Shown here in pieces: positions 9,527-19,206 of a stretch of DNA of 64,000 nucleotides; the stretch's first letter is position 1, and each line of letters begins with the position of its first letter. The notes beneath the pieces are model-generated. The model was not told the origin of the DNA, did no database searches, and worked only from the letters and a program-made list of their open reading frames with translations. The position numbers were made by a program, and so were the translations under genes. The stretch lies in the NCBI GenBank assembly GCA_963828525.1, contig CAWHEP010000002.1, positions 192,001 through 256,000 on the forward strand, given 5' to 3'. The DNA comes from an uncultured Verrucomicrobiae bacterium (GTDB lineage: Bacteria > Verrucomicrobiota > Verrucomicrobiia > Chthoniobacterales > Chthoniobacteraceae).

Positions 9527-9820
9527 ATGCGCCTTCGCGTCCTGGCAGGACTTTTATTGCTCCTGCTGGAAGGATGCGGAAAGCGAATCACGGATGCGAA
9601 CCTGCGAGAAGTCAAACCCGACATGAGCACAAAAGAAGTGGAATCAATCCTGGGACAGCCAACAAAGGTGCAGAGCCACGATCTGCCGTTGCAGACTCAG
9701 CCCAAGACGTTGAACGCAACCGTTTACACCTACATGCAGGAGGGTAAGTCGGTTGATCTTTTCTTTGTAGGCGACAAACTGGTAAACCCCGGGGGCGTTC
9801 AGGGCAGCTTTGGCGAGTAG
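9527..9820 (+). CDS. Small lipoprotein, SmpA/OmlA(BamE)-like fold
   Basis: Lipobox LEGC after hydrophobic stretch; VKPDMSTKEVESILGQP motif; tightly coupled to nuoD and nuoEF. Confidence 0.75.
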   Translation: MRLRVLAGLLLLLLEGCGKRITDANLREVKPDMSTKEVESILGQPTKVQSHDLPLQTQPKTLNATVYTYMQEGKSVDLFFVGDKLVNPGGVQGSFGE

Positions 9821-9842
9821 ACTGACGCGCTGGTATTTGAAG

Positions 9843-11759
9843 ATGGAGATTTCACAAGAATTCCTGGCAAGGGTCGATGAGGCGATCACGCATTACCCCG
9901 TCTCCAAGCGGAGCGCCGCGCTGCCATTGCTGCACCTGGCGCAGGAGCAGTTTGGCCACGTGTCAGACGAAGCGGTCGAATGGATCGCTGCCAAACTCGG
10001 CTTGCAGCCGATCAACGTTCTCGAGTTGGTCACGTTCTATCCCATGTTCACGCGTGAACCGGTGGGACGCCGCCATATCCGGGTTTGCAGGACACTTTCG
10101 TGCGCGATGGCGGGCGGCTATCAATTGATGGACGCGTTCTGCAAGACCACCGGGATCGCGCGGGATCATGATGGAGAGCACGGAACGCCTGTTTCGAAAA
10201 GTCCGGATGGAGAGTTCAGCGTGGAATTTGTCGAGTGCCTCGCCAGTTGCGGCTCGGCCCCCGTTTGCATGGTGGGAGACACCTTCCACGAGAACGTAAA
10301 GGTCGAGAACATCGCGGCGCTGCTGGCCGGCGCGGACTCCCCGCCCCCGGCGCGACCGGTTCATCCCAAAGAGAAGCGGATGATCTTCTCAAATATAGGC
10401 CGGGACGGTTGGTCCCTCGATATCGATTGCGCAATCCGCAACGGCGGATACGAGGACTTGAAGAAGGCGGTGACGATGAAGCGCGAGGACATCGTCAACG
10501 AAGTGAAGGCTTCCGGCCTGCGAGGACGCGGCGGCGCAGGCTTCCCCTGCGGGGTGAAGTGGGGGTTCATCAAACCGAACGAGCCAAAGCCGGTCTATCT
10601 CATCTGCAACGCGGACGAATCGGAACCCGGCACGTTCAAGGATCGCTACATTCTTCATCAGGATCCGCATCAGCTCATTGAAGGCATGGTGATCTCCGCC
10701 TTCGCCCTGAACGCGCGGCTCGCCTACATCTATATTAGAGGGGAGTTCCCGGAGGCAGCCCGCATCATCGAGAAAGCGATAGAAGAAGCGCGCGCCAAAA
10801 ACTTTGTCGGCAAAAACGTCCTCGGAGCCGGATTCGATGTCGAAATTTACGTGCATCGCGGCGCGGGAGCCTACATCTGCGGGGAAGAAACAGGCCTGAT
10901 CGAGTCGCTGGAAGGAAAACGCGCTTATCCCCGGATCAAGCCTCCCTATTTTCCGGCCGTCCTCGGGCTGTATCAGTGCCCCACAATCGTCAACAACGTC
11001 GAAACACTTTGCAACATCAAGCACATCGTGCGGATGGGGGGAGCCGAATTCGCGAAGATCGGCCGCCCCAACAACACAGGCACCCGTGTCCTCTGCGTCA
11101 GCGGCGACGTGCAACGCCCCGGTTACTTTGAGCTCGAAGTCGGTTCGGTCACGATGGGCGAGCTGATCTACGATATCTGCGGCGGAATGAAGCCCGGTCG
11201 CGCTCTCAAAGCGGTGATCCCCGGCGGGAGTTCCGCCAAAGTCCTCCGCGCGGGCGAAAAATACAAGCTGAAGCAGAAACAGGCCGATGGATCCATGGCC
11301 GAAAAGGAGATCGGGATCGATGACATCGTCATGGATTTCGATTCACTCGCCGCTGTCGGGTCGATGGCGGGTTCCGGCGGAGTCATCGTGCTGGACGATT
11401 CCCGCGACATGGTGTGGACGTTGAATAACATAAACGAGTTCTACGCGCACGAGAGTTGCGGGCAATGCACCCCCTGCCGCGAAGGTTCGCTCTGGATGAA
11501 GAAAATCACCGAACGCATGTTGCTGGGAGGCGGCGCTGAGCGGGATCCTGTCGTGCTCACGACAGTGGCGGATAACATCGCGGGCCGGACCATCTGCGCC
11601 TTCGGAGAAGCTTGCGCGTGGCCGACCCAGAGTTTCGTCGCGAAGTTCAAGGAAGAGTTCGACGCCCGCTCCACAAAGCCCATTCCTCCCCCGACTCCCC
11701 CAGAATACAATCCCGAGACATTGACCGGGAAAAGCCACGTCCACGCGGGAACGCATTGA
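9843..11759 (+). CDS. nuoEF: Fused NADH-quinone oxidoreductase subunits E and F
   Basis: NuoE 2Fe-2S motifs (VCRTLSC...ECLASC) are in frame with NuoF GLRGRGGAGF, NADESEPGT, GAYICGEET, ESCGQCTPCREG. Confidence 0.96.
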   Translation: MEISQEFLARVDEAITHYPVSKRSAALPLLHLAQEQFGHVSDEAVEWIAAKLGLQPINVLELVTFYPMFTREPVGRRHIRVCRTLSCAMAGGYQLMDAFCKTTGIARDHDGEHGTPVSKSPDGEFSVEFVECLASCGSAPVCMVGDTFHENVKVENIAALLAGADSPPPARPVHPKEKRMIFSNIGRDGWSLDIDCAIRNGGYEDLKKAVTMKREDIVNEVKASGLRGRGGAGFPCGVKWGFIKPNEPKPVYLICNADESEPGTFKDRYILHQDPHQLIEGMVISAFALNARLAYIYIRGEFPEAARIIEKAIEEARAKNFVGKNVLGAGFDVEIYVHRGAGAYICGEETGLIESLEGKRAYPRIKPPYFPAVLGLYQCPTIVNNVETLCNIKHIVRMGGAEFAKIGRPNNTGTRVLCVSGDVQRPGYFELEVGSVTMGELIYDICGGMKPGRALKAVIPGGSSAKVLRAGEKYKLKQKQADGSMAEKEIGIDDIVMDFDSLAAVGSMAGSGGVIVLDDSRDMVWTLNNINEFYAHESCGQCTPCREGSLWMKKITERMLLGGGAERDPVVLTTVADNIAGRTICAFGEACAWPTQSFVAKFKEEFDARSTKPIPPPTPPEYNPETLTGKSHVHAGTH

Positions 11760-11763
11760 TGCC

Positions 11764-13401
11764 ATGAGCGAACCGACGCCAATGCTGAACGTCCAGATCA
11801 ATGGGGAATGGAAACAATTCCCAAAAGGGACTCGTGTCATCGAAGCCTGCGGCCAGGCTGGGCACTACATCCCCCGCTACTGCTACCATCCAAAGCTGAG
11901 TTCCCCGGGCAACTGCCGCATGTGCCTTATCGAAATGGGGATGCCCAAAATGGGCCCGGACCGCAAGCCGGAACTCGGGCCGGATGGGAAACCGGTCATC
12001 AACTGGATTCCGCGTCCACAGATTTCCTGCGCGCAGGACGTAGCAGAGGGCATGGGCATCCGGACCGACTCGCCAATGGCGCAGGAGTGTCGGAAAGGCG
12101 TCATGGAGTTCCTGCTCATCAATCACCCACTCGACTGCCCGATTTGCGATCAGGCGGGCGAATGCCGCCTCCAGGAGTTCAGCGTGGAATATGGAAACGG
12201 CGGCTCCCGTTTCCTTGAGCACAAGGTCAAGAAACCCAAGAAAGTCCAGATCGGCCCGAGGGTGACGCTCGACGCGGAGCGCTGCATCCTGTGCTCCCGC
12301 TGTATCAGGTTCATGCAGGAGGTTCCGCATGATGATGTTCTCGGGTTCACGGATCGGGGCAGCTACAGCACGATCTCCGTTCATCCCCAGCGGGAACTCG
12401 ATAGCAACTACTCCCTGAATACCGTGGACATTTGCCCGGTCGGAGCCCTGACCTCGACAGACTTCAGGTTCAAGATGCGCGTCTGGTTTCTGAAAGAAAC
12501 GCCCAGCTTCTGCGCGAGTTGCGCGACCGGCTGCAATACGCTCATCGGCGCTCGCGAAGACGTCGTTTACAGACAGACCCCGCGCGAGAATAACGAAGTG
12601 AATTCCGCCTGGATGTGCGATTACGGCCGCCTCAATTTCCATTACCTGCACAGTGACACGCGTTTGCTCGCGCCCTTGGTGAAGGCGGGTCGCAAGGGCG
12701 AACAAGCGGACTGGACTGCGGCCCTGGCAAAAGCGGCGGCGGAACTGAAGAGCTTTCAGGGGAGTGAGGTCGCGCTGATCGCGTCCGGCAGGATGACCAA
12801 TGAAGAGCTTTGGCTTGTGAAAAAGCTCATCTCGACGCTTGGCGTGAAGCTCCATGACATTCTGCCCCGCGTCGAAAAGGGCGATGACATTTTGATGAGC
12901 GCCGATCGTAACCCAAACACGGCCGGAGCCTTGCTCATGGGAGTATCCGCGGAAACTCCAGGCCAGCGCCTTGCGGAGATCGCGGAAGGCGTGAAGTCGG
13001 GCGCCATCAAGGCTCTCGTGATACTCGGTGAAGACGCGCTGGAATGCGGAATCACGAGGGAGGATTTATCGAAGCTCCGTTCGCTGGTGACCCTCAACAT
13101 CCTTTCAAACCCCACCGTTGAAGCGGCAACCGTCGCGTTCCCGGGAGCCGGGTTCGCGGAAAAGCGCGGTTCAATGATCAATGTGAAAGGACGCCTGCAG
13201 CGTCTGAATCGCGCGATCCAGCCCCCAGGCGAGGCGCGGGACGATTGGGAAGTGCTGCGCGACCTTATCCAGGCGATCTCGGGATCGAATGGCATTTACA
13301 TGATTGAAGATGTGTTCCGGCAAATGGCTGAAGCGACGCCTTCCTTCGCTGGCCTCAGCCTGAGCAAAATAGGGGATCTGGGAGTTCTGCTTCCGAAGTA
13401 A
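11764..13401 (+). CDS. nuoG: NADH-quinone oxidoreductase subunit G (short form)
   Basis: CYHPKL..GNCRMC, HPLDCPICDQAGEC, RCILCSRC, ICPVGAL, CASCATGC..C. Confidence 0.96.
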   Translation: MSEPTPMLNVQINGEWKQFPKGTRVIEACGQAGHYIPRYCYHPKLSSPGNCRMCLIEMGMPKMGPDRKPELGPDGKPVINWIPRPQISCAQDVAEGMGIRTDSPMAQECRKGVMEFLLINHPLDCPICDQAGECRLQEFSVEYGNGGSRFLEHKVKKPKKVQIGPRVTLDAERCILCSRCIRFMQEVPHDDVLGFTDRGSYSTISVHPQRELDSNYSLNTVDICPVGALTSTDFRFKMRVWFLKETPSFCASCATGCNTLIGAREDVVYRQTPRENNEVNSAWMCDYGRLNFHYLHSDTRLLAPLVKAGRKGEQADWTAALAKAAAELKSFQGSEVALIASGRMTNEELWLVKKLISTLGVKLHDILPRVEKGDDILMSADRNPNTAGALLMGVSAETPGQRLAEIAEGVKSGAIKALVILGEDALECGITREDLSKLRSLVTLNILSNPTVEAATVAFPGAGFAEKRGSMINVKGRLQRLNRAIQPPGEARDDWEVLRDLIQAISGSNGIYMIEDVFRQMAEATPSFAGLSLSKIGDLGVLLPK

Positions 13402-14549
13402 TGGAATCCCTTTTTCAACTGGACTGGGTTTTCATCGCCGAATCCCTTGGCAAAACGCTGGGGATTATCTTTCTCGTCGTGCTTCCCATGGTGTCTTACA
13501 CCGTTTACGCGGAGCGGAGGATCAGCGCGCTCATTCAGGATCGTCTCGGCCCCAACCGCGTCGGAATCCCTTTTACCAATCTGAGGATGCAGGGCCTCGG
13601 GCAGCCAATCGCGGACGCCATGAAATTCCTCCTCAAGGAGGAACTGACGCCCGCTCACGTAAACAAGTTCTACTTCTGGCTTGCGCCTGGCCTGGCGATG
13701 GTTCCCGCGCTGCTGACGCTTGCCGTCATTCCTTTCGGAAGCACGGTGCTTGGCGTCCCCATGGTGATCGCCAATGTGAATATCGGCATCCTTTTCGTAT
13801 TCGCGGTGGCGTCTCTGGGCGTCTATGGCATCGTCCTTGCCGGCTGGGCTTCCAATTCCAAATATTCCTTCCTGGGAGGCGTGCGATCCAGTTCCCAGAT
13901 GCTCTCGTATGAACTTTCGCTCGGTCTTTCCGTCGTCCCCATCTTCCTGCTCCTTGGCAAGCTGAACCTCGTCGACATCGTTAGTTACCAGGCAAAGAAC
14001 GGGTGGTTGCTTCTCCCTTTTTGGGGCGAGGGTTTGAGTCTCCGACGATGGCTCCTTCTCGCGCCCATGCTCGTCTCGTTCGTCATTTTCACCATCTCGA
14101 TCTTCGCTGAAACAAATCGCCTCCCTTTCGATATGCCGGAATGCGAGACGGAATTGGTGGCTGGCTATCACACCGAATACTCGTCAATGAAGTTCGCGCT
14201 TTTCTTCCTCGGCGAATACGCGGCGATGATTACCGGATCATCCCTTATCGTAACTCTTTTCCTGGGTGGCTGGCATCTTCCGCTCCCATGGTGGAGCGCC
14301 GGCGCGGGGTTCCATTTTGCGTTGATTGACGGTTCCGCCGCGGGGCTTGCCGGGATCCTCGGCGGACTCTTCAATATCGTGACCTTCTTCGGGAAAGTTG
14401 CCGTCCTGCTCGGGTTTTTCATCTGGGTCCGCTGGACGCTCCCCAGGTTTCGATACGATCAACTCATGCGACTCGGCTGGATCTTCTTCTTCGAAATCGC
14501 TCTCGTGAATATCTTCGTGACCGCTGGCATCCTCCTTTATCTTCCCTGA
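13401..14549 (+). CDS. nuoH: NADH-quinone oxidoreductase subunit H
   Basis: ERRISALIQDRLGPNR, AETNRLPFD, RFRYDQLM. Confidence 0.97.
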   Translation: MESLFQLDWVFIAESLGKTLGIIFLVVLPMVSYTVYAERRISALIQDRLGPNRVGIPFTNLRMQGLGQPIADAMKFLLKEELTPAHVNKFYFWLAPGLAMVPALLTLAVIPFGSTVLGVPMVIANVNIGILFVFAVASLGVYGIVLAGWASNSKYSFLGGVRSSSQMLSYELSLGLSVVPIFLLLGKLNLVDIVSYQAKNGWLLLPFWGEGLSLRRWLLLAPMLVSFVIFTISIFAETNRLPFDMPECETELVAGYHTEYSSMKFALFFLGEYAAMITGSSLIVTLFLGGWHLPLPWWSAGAGFHFALIDGSAAGLAGILGGLFNIVTFFGKVAVLLGFFIWVRWTLPRFRYDQLMRLGWIFFFEIALVNIFVTAGILLYLP

Positions 14550-14552
14550 ATC

Positions 14553-15083
14553 ATGGCTTACACGGTTGCGCGTCCAAAACTAAACTTCCGCGAGAAGCTA
14601 TATTTGCCCTCCATCGCGGCGGGTCTGGCAATCACCTTCAAGCATTTCAAGAACATGCTGCTTGGGCGGACAAAAGTCATCATGCAGTACCCGGAAGAGA
14701 AATGGGACAGCCACATGCCCGCCCATTACCGGGGCGCGCCCACGCTGGTGAAGGATGAACATGGGCGGGAGCGTTGCGTCGCCTGCCAGCTCTGCGAATT
14801 CATCTGCCCGCCCCGCGCGATCCGCATCAAGCCGGGCGAGATTCCCGCCGCGAGCAAGTTCTCAAAGGTCGAGAAGTTTCCTCAGGAATTCGATATCGAC
14901 ATGATCCGCTGCATCTACTGCGGGTTGTGCGAGGAGGTATGTCCCGAGCAGGCGATTTTCCTTCGCAAAGATTACGCGATCACGGGGCTGAGCCGGGCGG
15001 AGATGGTTCATGACAAGAAGAAACTCTATGAACTGGGCGGGGTGATGGAAGGTCTCGTCTATAAGTGGAACGAGAGGAAGTAG
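14553..15083 (+). CDS. nuoI: NADH-quinone oxidoreductase subunit I
   Basis: QYPEE, CVACQLCEFICP, CIYCGLCEEVCP. Confidence 0.97.
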   Translation: MAYTVARPKLNFREKLYLPSIAAGLAITFKHFKNMLLGRTKVIMQYPEEKWDSHMPAHYRGAPTLVKDEHGRERCVACQLCEFICPPRAIRIKPGEIPAASKFSKVEKFPQEFDIDMIRCIYCGLCEEVCPEQAIFLRKDYAITGLSRAEMVHDKKKLYELGGVMEGLVYKWNERK

Positions 15084-15085
15084 AG

Positions 15086-15589
15086 ATGCCCCCTATTCTG
15101 TCTTGGTTGTTTGCGGTCGTGATGCTGGGCTTTGCCTGTTTGGTTATCATCAACCGCAACCCCGTCGCGAGCGCCTTGAGTTTGGTCGTTTCTTTTCTCG
15201 CGATGGCCGCGTTATTCGTCTCGCTTGACGCCTACTTCATCGGTGTCATCGAAGTGCTCGTCTATGCGGGGGCCGTGATGGTGCTGTTTCTTTTCATCAT
15301 CATGTTGTTGGACATAAGGGCCGAGGCCAGACGGCGGTTCAATATTGTCCCCACGGTCGGCGGGTTGCTCGTCGCCCTCGCGTTCGTCTATCAGCTTGTC
15401 GTTGTGATTCACCGCTTCCCTGCGGGAGACAAGCCTTTCCCCGCCCTCGCCACCGCCAATTTCGATGACGTGCATAACGTTGGAGTGATGCTTTTCAGCA
15501 GGTATAATCTTCCCTTCCAGGTCGTGGGCGCGCTCGTGCTGGTGTCCACCATTGGCGTGGTGGTTCTCAGCAAGAAGGGTTTGAAGTAG
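15086..15589 (+). CDS. nuoJ: NADH-quinone oxidoreductase subunit J
   Basis: NPVASALSL, VYAGAVMVLFLFIIMLL. Confidence 0.96.
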   Translation: MPPILSWLFAVVMLGFACLVIINRNPVASALSLVVSFLAMAALFVSLDAYFIGVIEVLVYAGAVMVLFLFIIMLLDIRAEARRRFNIVPTVGGLLVALAFVYQLVVVIHRFPAGDKPFPALATANFDDVHNVGVMLFSRYNLPFQVVGALVLVSTIGVVVLSKKGLK

Positions 15590-15592
15590 GCA

Positions 15593-15910
15593 ATGACGAC
15601 CCTCAACGATTATCTGGCTGTCAGCGGTCTTCTCTTTGCCATTGGCTTCGCGGGAGTTTTGTTGCGCCGCAACATCCTGGTCATTTTTATGAGTCTCGAG
15701 TTGATGCTGAACGCCGCCAATCTTTCGCTCGTGGCTTTCTCAAGGTTCAACCTCGTCAGCGGCATGCCAAATTACAATGGACAGGTGCTTGTGTTTTTCA
15801 TCATCACCGTCGCCGCCGCGGAAGTGGCTGTCGGACTTGCGATCATCGTCGCCCTCTACAGATCGCGGCGCACCACTCACGTGGAAGACATCAGCAGCAT
15901 GAGGTTCTAG
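15593..15910 (+). CDS. nuoK: NADH-quinone oxidoreductase subunit K
   Basis: [19 protein letters not shown]. Confidence 0.97.
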   Translation: MTTLNDYLAVSGLLFAIGFAGVLLRRNILVIFMSLELMLNAANLSLVAFSRFNLVSGMPNYNGQVLVFFIITVAAAEVAVGLAIIVALYRSRRTTHVEDISSMRF

Positions 15911-15917
15911 CCCGCAA

Positions 15918-17720
15918 ATGCCTGTGAACTCAAACCTGCCCTGGATCATCCTTTTCGCGCCCTTGGTGAGCGCGATCGTGATCGTCCTCCTCACCCAATT
16001 CTGGCGGAAACTTAGTGTGGCGATCGCCGTCGCCGCCGTTCTGATTTCCTTCGTCGGCAGTTGCATGGTCTTCATTCATTCCGGGCCGATGACAGCCTCC
16101 TCGTTCACGTGGCTTGATTTCGGTCCCGCGTTTCGCGTTCCCATCGGCGTCACGATTGATGGGTTGAGCAAGACGATGCTGCTCGTCGTCACAGGCATCG
16201 GCGCGCTTATCCATATCTACTCCACGGCCTACATGAAAGAGGATGAAGGCGAGTCGCGCTACTTCGCTGGCCTGTCGCTCTTCATGTTCTCCATGCTGGG
16301 CATTGTCCTCGCCAATAACTTCGTGATGATGTTCATCTTCTGGGAGCTTGTCGGCGCGAGTTCCTACCTCCTGATCGGTCATTGGTATTTCCGCAATGCT
16401 CCGCCCGCCGCCGCGAACAAAGCCTTCATCGCGAACCGGATCGGGGATTTCGGATTTATGCTGGGAATCCTGATGCTATGGCTCGCGACAAAGTCGGTCG
16501 TCTTTACGGAGATCGCCGGAGCCCTGAACGCTGCGAACTTCGCGGGCATCAACATGACTGCCGCGACTTTGCTCATCTTCTGCGGCACGGTTGGAAAATC
16601 GGCGCAGTTCCCGCTGCATGTTTGGTTGCCGGACGCGATGGAAGGCCCGACGCCCGTATCGGCGTTGATCCATGCCGCAACCATGGTGGCAGCCGGCGTT
16701 TACATGCTGGCCCGCGTGTTCTTCCTCGTGCAGGCCGCTCCGTTCGCGCAGGAGGTGATCTCCTGGATCGGCGTAACGACGGCAGTGCTCGCTGCCCTCA
16801 TGGCTACGCAGCAGAATGACATCAAGCGCATCCTGGCTTACTCCACGCTCTCCCAACTCGGCTATATGGTGATGGCAATGGGCGTGCTGGCCCCCGGCGC
16901 CGCCATGTTCCATCTCTTCACGCACGCGTTCTTTAAAGCGCTCCTCTTCCTCGGCGCGGGAGCCATCATCCACATGCTCCACCATGAGCAGAATATTTGG
17001 AAGATGGGCGGCTTGAAGAGCCGGATGCCCCTCACCTTCCTGACATTCCTGATCGCCACGCTCGCGCTTATTGGCTGCCCCGGCTTCAGTGGTTACTTCA
17101 GCAAGGAGGCAATCCTTGCCGCCGCCTTGTTCCGCAGCAAGGGCCTCTTCGCCGCGGCTCTCGGCACAGCCTTTCTGACGGCGTTTTACATGATCCGCCT
17201 GTTCGTCGTGGTCTTCCTCGGCAAACCCAAATCTCCAGCCGCGGAACATGGTCACGACGCGCCGCCCGCCATGACCCTGCCCTTGTTGATCCTTGCCGTG
17301 CCTGCCTTCGTGGCCGGATACGGGTTTGTCATCAAACACTTCGTCCAAATCCCCGACAAGGAAGGCCCGTTCTTCGTTACGATCCTCGCCGTTGCCGCCT
17401 TTGCCGCCGGAGCCGGTTTTGCCTTTCTTCTCTACGCGGGCAAGACAGAAGACCCGATATTGATTCCGCTGCTCGCGAACAAGTTCTACTTCGATGAACT
17501 TTACGCGGTCCTCATTCGCATGTCGCAGGATTTGCTCGCGCGGGTGAGCGGATATTTCGATCGTTGGGTGCTGGATAGCATTGTCCGCGTTGTCAGCGGA
17601 AGCGCCTGGCTGCTGGGCTTCGTCCTGAGATTTTTTCAGATCGGCAATCTCCAGGCCTATTCCTTCATGTTTGGCCTGGGCATCGTGGGATTGCTCTACT
17701 TTGTGACGTTGAGGAAATGA
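15918..17720 (+). CDS. nuoL: NADH-quinone oxidoreductase subunit L
   Basis: GKSAQFPLHVWLPDAMEGPTPVSALIHAATMV, YSTLSQLG, HAFFKALLF. Confidence 0.97.
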   Translation: MPVNSNLPWIILFAPLVSAIVIVLLTQFWRKLSVAIAVAAVLISFVGSCMVFIHSGPMTASSFTWLDFGPAFRVPIGVTIDGLSKTMLLVVTGIGALIHIYSTAYMKEDEGESRYFAGLSLFMFSMLGIVLANNFVMMFIFWELVGASSYLLIGHWYFRNAPPAAANKAFIANRIGDFGFMLGILMLWLATKSVVFTEIAGALNAANFAGINMTAATLLIFCGTVGKSAQFPLHVWLPDAMEGPTPVSALIHAATMVAAGVYMLARVFFLVQAAPFAQEVISWIGVTTAVLAALMATQQNDIKRILAYSTLSQLGYMVMAMGVLAPGAAMFHLFTHAFFKALLFLGAGAIIHMLHHEQNIWKMGGLKSRMPLTFLTFLIATLALIGCPGFSGYFSKEAILAAALFRSKGLFAAALGTAFLTAFYMIRLFVVVFLGKPKSPAAEHGHDAPPAMTLPLLILAVPAFVAGYGFVIKHFVQIPDKEGPFFVTILAVAAFAAGAGFAFLLYAGKTEDPILIPLLANKFYFDELYAVLIRMSQDLLARVSGYFDRWVLDSIVRVVSGSAWLLGFVLRFFQIGNLQAYSFMFGLGIVGLLYFVTLRK

Positions 17721-17721
17721 T

Positions 17722-19206
17722 ATGTTGCTGAACATCCTCATCCTCTGCCCGATTCTTGCCGCGCTCGTCGTAATGGCGGGCGCTCCCGCGAGAGCCGTGG
17801 CTCTCATGGCGGCGGCTATCAACCTTGCGGCGGCCATCTCCGGCTTTCTTGGCTATGACAGGGCGCAAGCAGGGTATCAGTTTGTTTTCTCCAAAAGCAT
17901 CCTGCCCGAATGGCACATGGGTTATGTATTGGGCGCGGATGGCCTGAGCCTGGTGATGCTTCTCCTCACAGCAATTGTGACGCTCGCCGCGATCTGGGTC
18001 ACGCCTCCCATTGAGCGATCCGAACATCTGTTCTACGCCTCTTTGCTATTCATCTCCGCGGGCGCGATGGGAGCGTTTGCCTCTATCGATCTCTTCTTCT
18101 TTTATGCGTTTCACGAGCTGGCGCTCATTCCGACCTTCCTGCTCATCGGCATATGGGGCACGGGAGACCGCCACACAGCCGCCTGGAAGATCACGATCTA
18201 CCTCGCTGTGGGAAGTTTTGTGTTGTTGCTGGGTCTCGTTGGCCTTTACCAGAGTTTCCCCGTCGCCCTCCGGACATTTGACCTTCGCAGGCTTCAGGAA
18301 CTGATCACCTCAGGCCAGGTTCATCCCGCGAACGCGAACCGTATTTATCTGCTGCTGCTCATCGGTTTCGGCATTCTCATCTCACTCTTCCCATTCCACA
18401 CATGGGCGCCCCGCGCCTATGCCTCAGCGCCAGCTCCCGCCGCGATGCTTCACGCCGGAGTGCTCAAGAAGTTCGGCCTTTATGGTTTGATCCGCGTGGC
18501 GTTGCCCCTCCTTCCAGACGCCGCCCGGCATTGGACAAACCTGCTCTTGATCCTTCTGGTGGGCAACATCATCTACGTCGGGCTCGTGACCATCTCTCAG
18601 AAGCGGCTCGACCTGATGCTTGGCTACTCGAGCGTGATGCACATGGGCTACATCTTCCTTGGCATTGCGTCCCTTAACTCGCTCGGGCTTAATGGCGCGG
18701 CATTGCTGATGTTTGCGCATGGGCTTTCCATCGCGGCCTTGTTCGCCATCGCGGGACAGGTGCGAAAGCAGACCGGCACCCTCGCCTTTGAAGATCTGGG
18801 CGGTCTTGCAAAGCCCATGCCTTTCCTTGGTTTCGCCTTTGGCCTTGCCGCCTTCGCTTCAATTGGCCTCCCTGGCTTCGCGAATTTCGCGTCGGAGATT
18901 CTCGTCTTCTTCGGAGCATACGGCAGCCGTTCAGCTGGTGGCTCGGTCAGCTTTCATGTTGCGACGACCCTCGCGCTCTGGGGCGTCGTCATTTCAGCCG
19001 TTTACATGCTGAGAGCTTACCGCGCCGTTTTCCAGGGCGAGATCGCCAAAAAGTGGGTCGACCTGAAGGACGTCGCGTTTTCCTTGCGCATGCCGATCTC
19101 TCTCCTCCTCGCGGCATTGCTGTTGGGAGGCTTCTTCCCAAGAGTGTTCCTGGCGCTCCTGAAACCTTCCGTCAAAGCCGCCGCCCCCGTGGAGCATTTG
19201 TCATGA
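17722..19206 (+). CDS. nuoM: NADH-quinone oxidoreductase subunit M
   Basis: FPFHTW, YSSVMHMG, GLPGFANF; operon position. Confidence 0.95.
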   Translation: MLLNILILCPILAALVVMAGAPARAVALMAAAINLAAAISGFLGYDRAQAGYQFVFSKSILPEWHMGYVLGADGLSLVMLLLTAIVTLAAIWVTPPIERSEHLFYASLLFISAGAMGAFASIDLFFFYAFHELALIPTFLLIGIWGTGDRHTAAWKITIYLAVGSFVLLLGLVGLYQSFPVALRTFDLRRLQELITSGQVHPANANRIYLLLLIGFGILISLFPFHTWAPRAYASAPAPAAMLHAGVLKKFGLYGLIRVALPLLPDAARHWTNLLLILLVGNIIYVGLVTISQKRLDLMLGYSSVMHMGYIFLGIASLNSLGLNGAALLMFAHGLSIAALFAIAGQVRKQTGTLAFEDLGGLAKPMPFLGFAFGLAAFASIGLPGFANFASEILVFFGAYGSRSAGGSVSFHVATTLALWGVVISAVYMLRAYRAVFQGEIAKKWVDLKDVAFSLRMPISLLLAALLLGGFFPRVFLALLKPSVKAAAPVEHLS

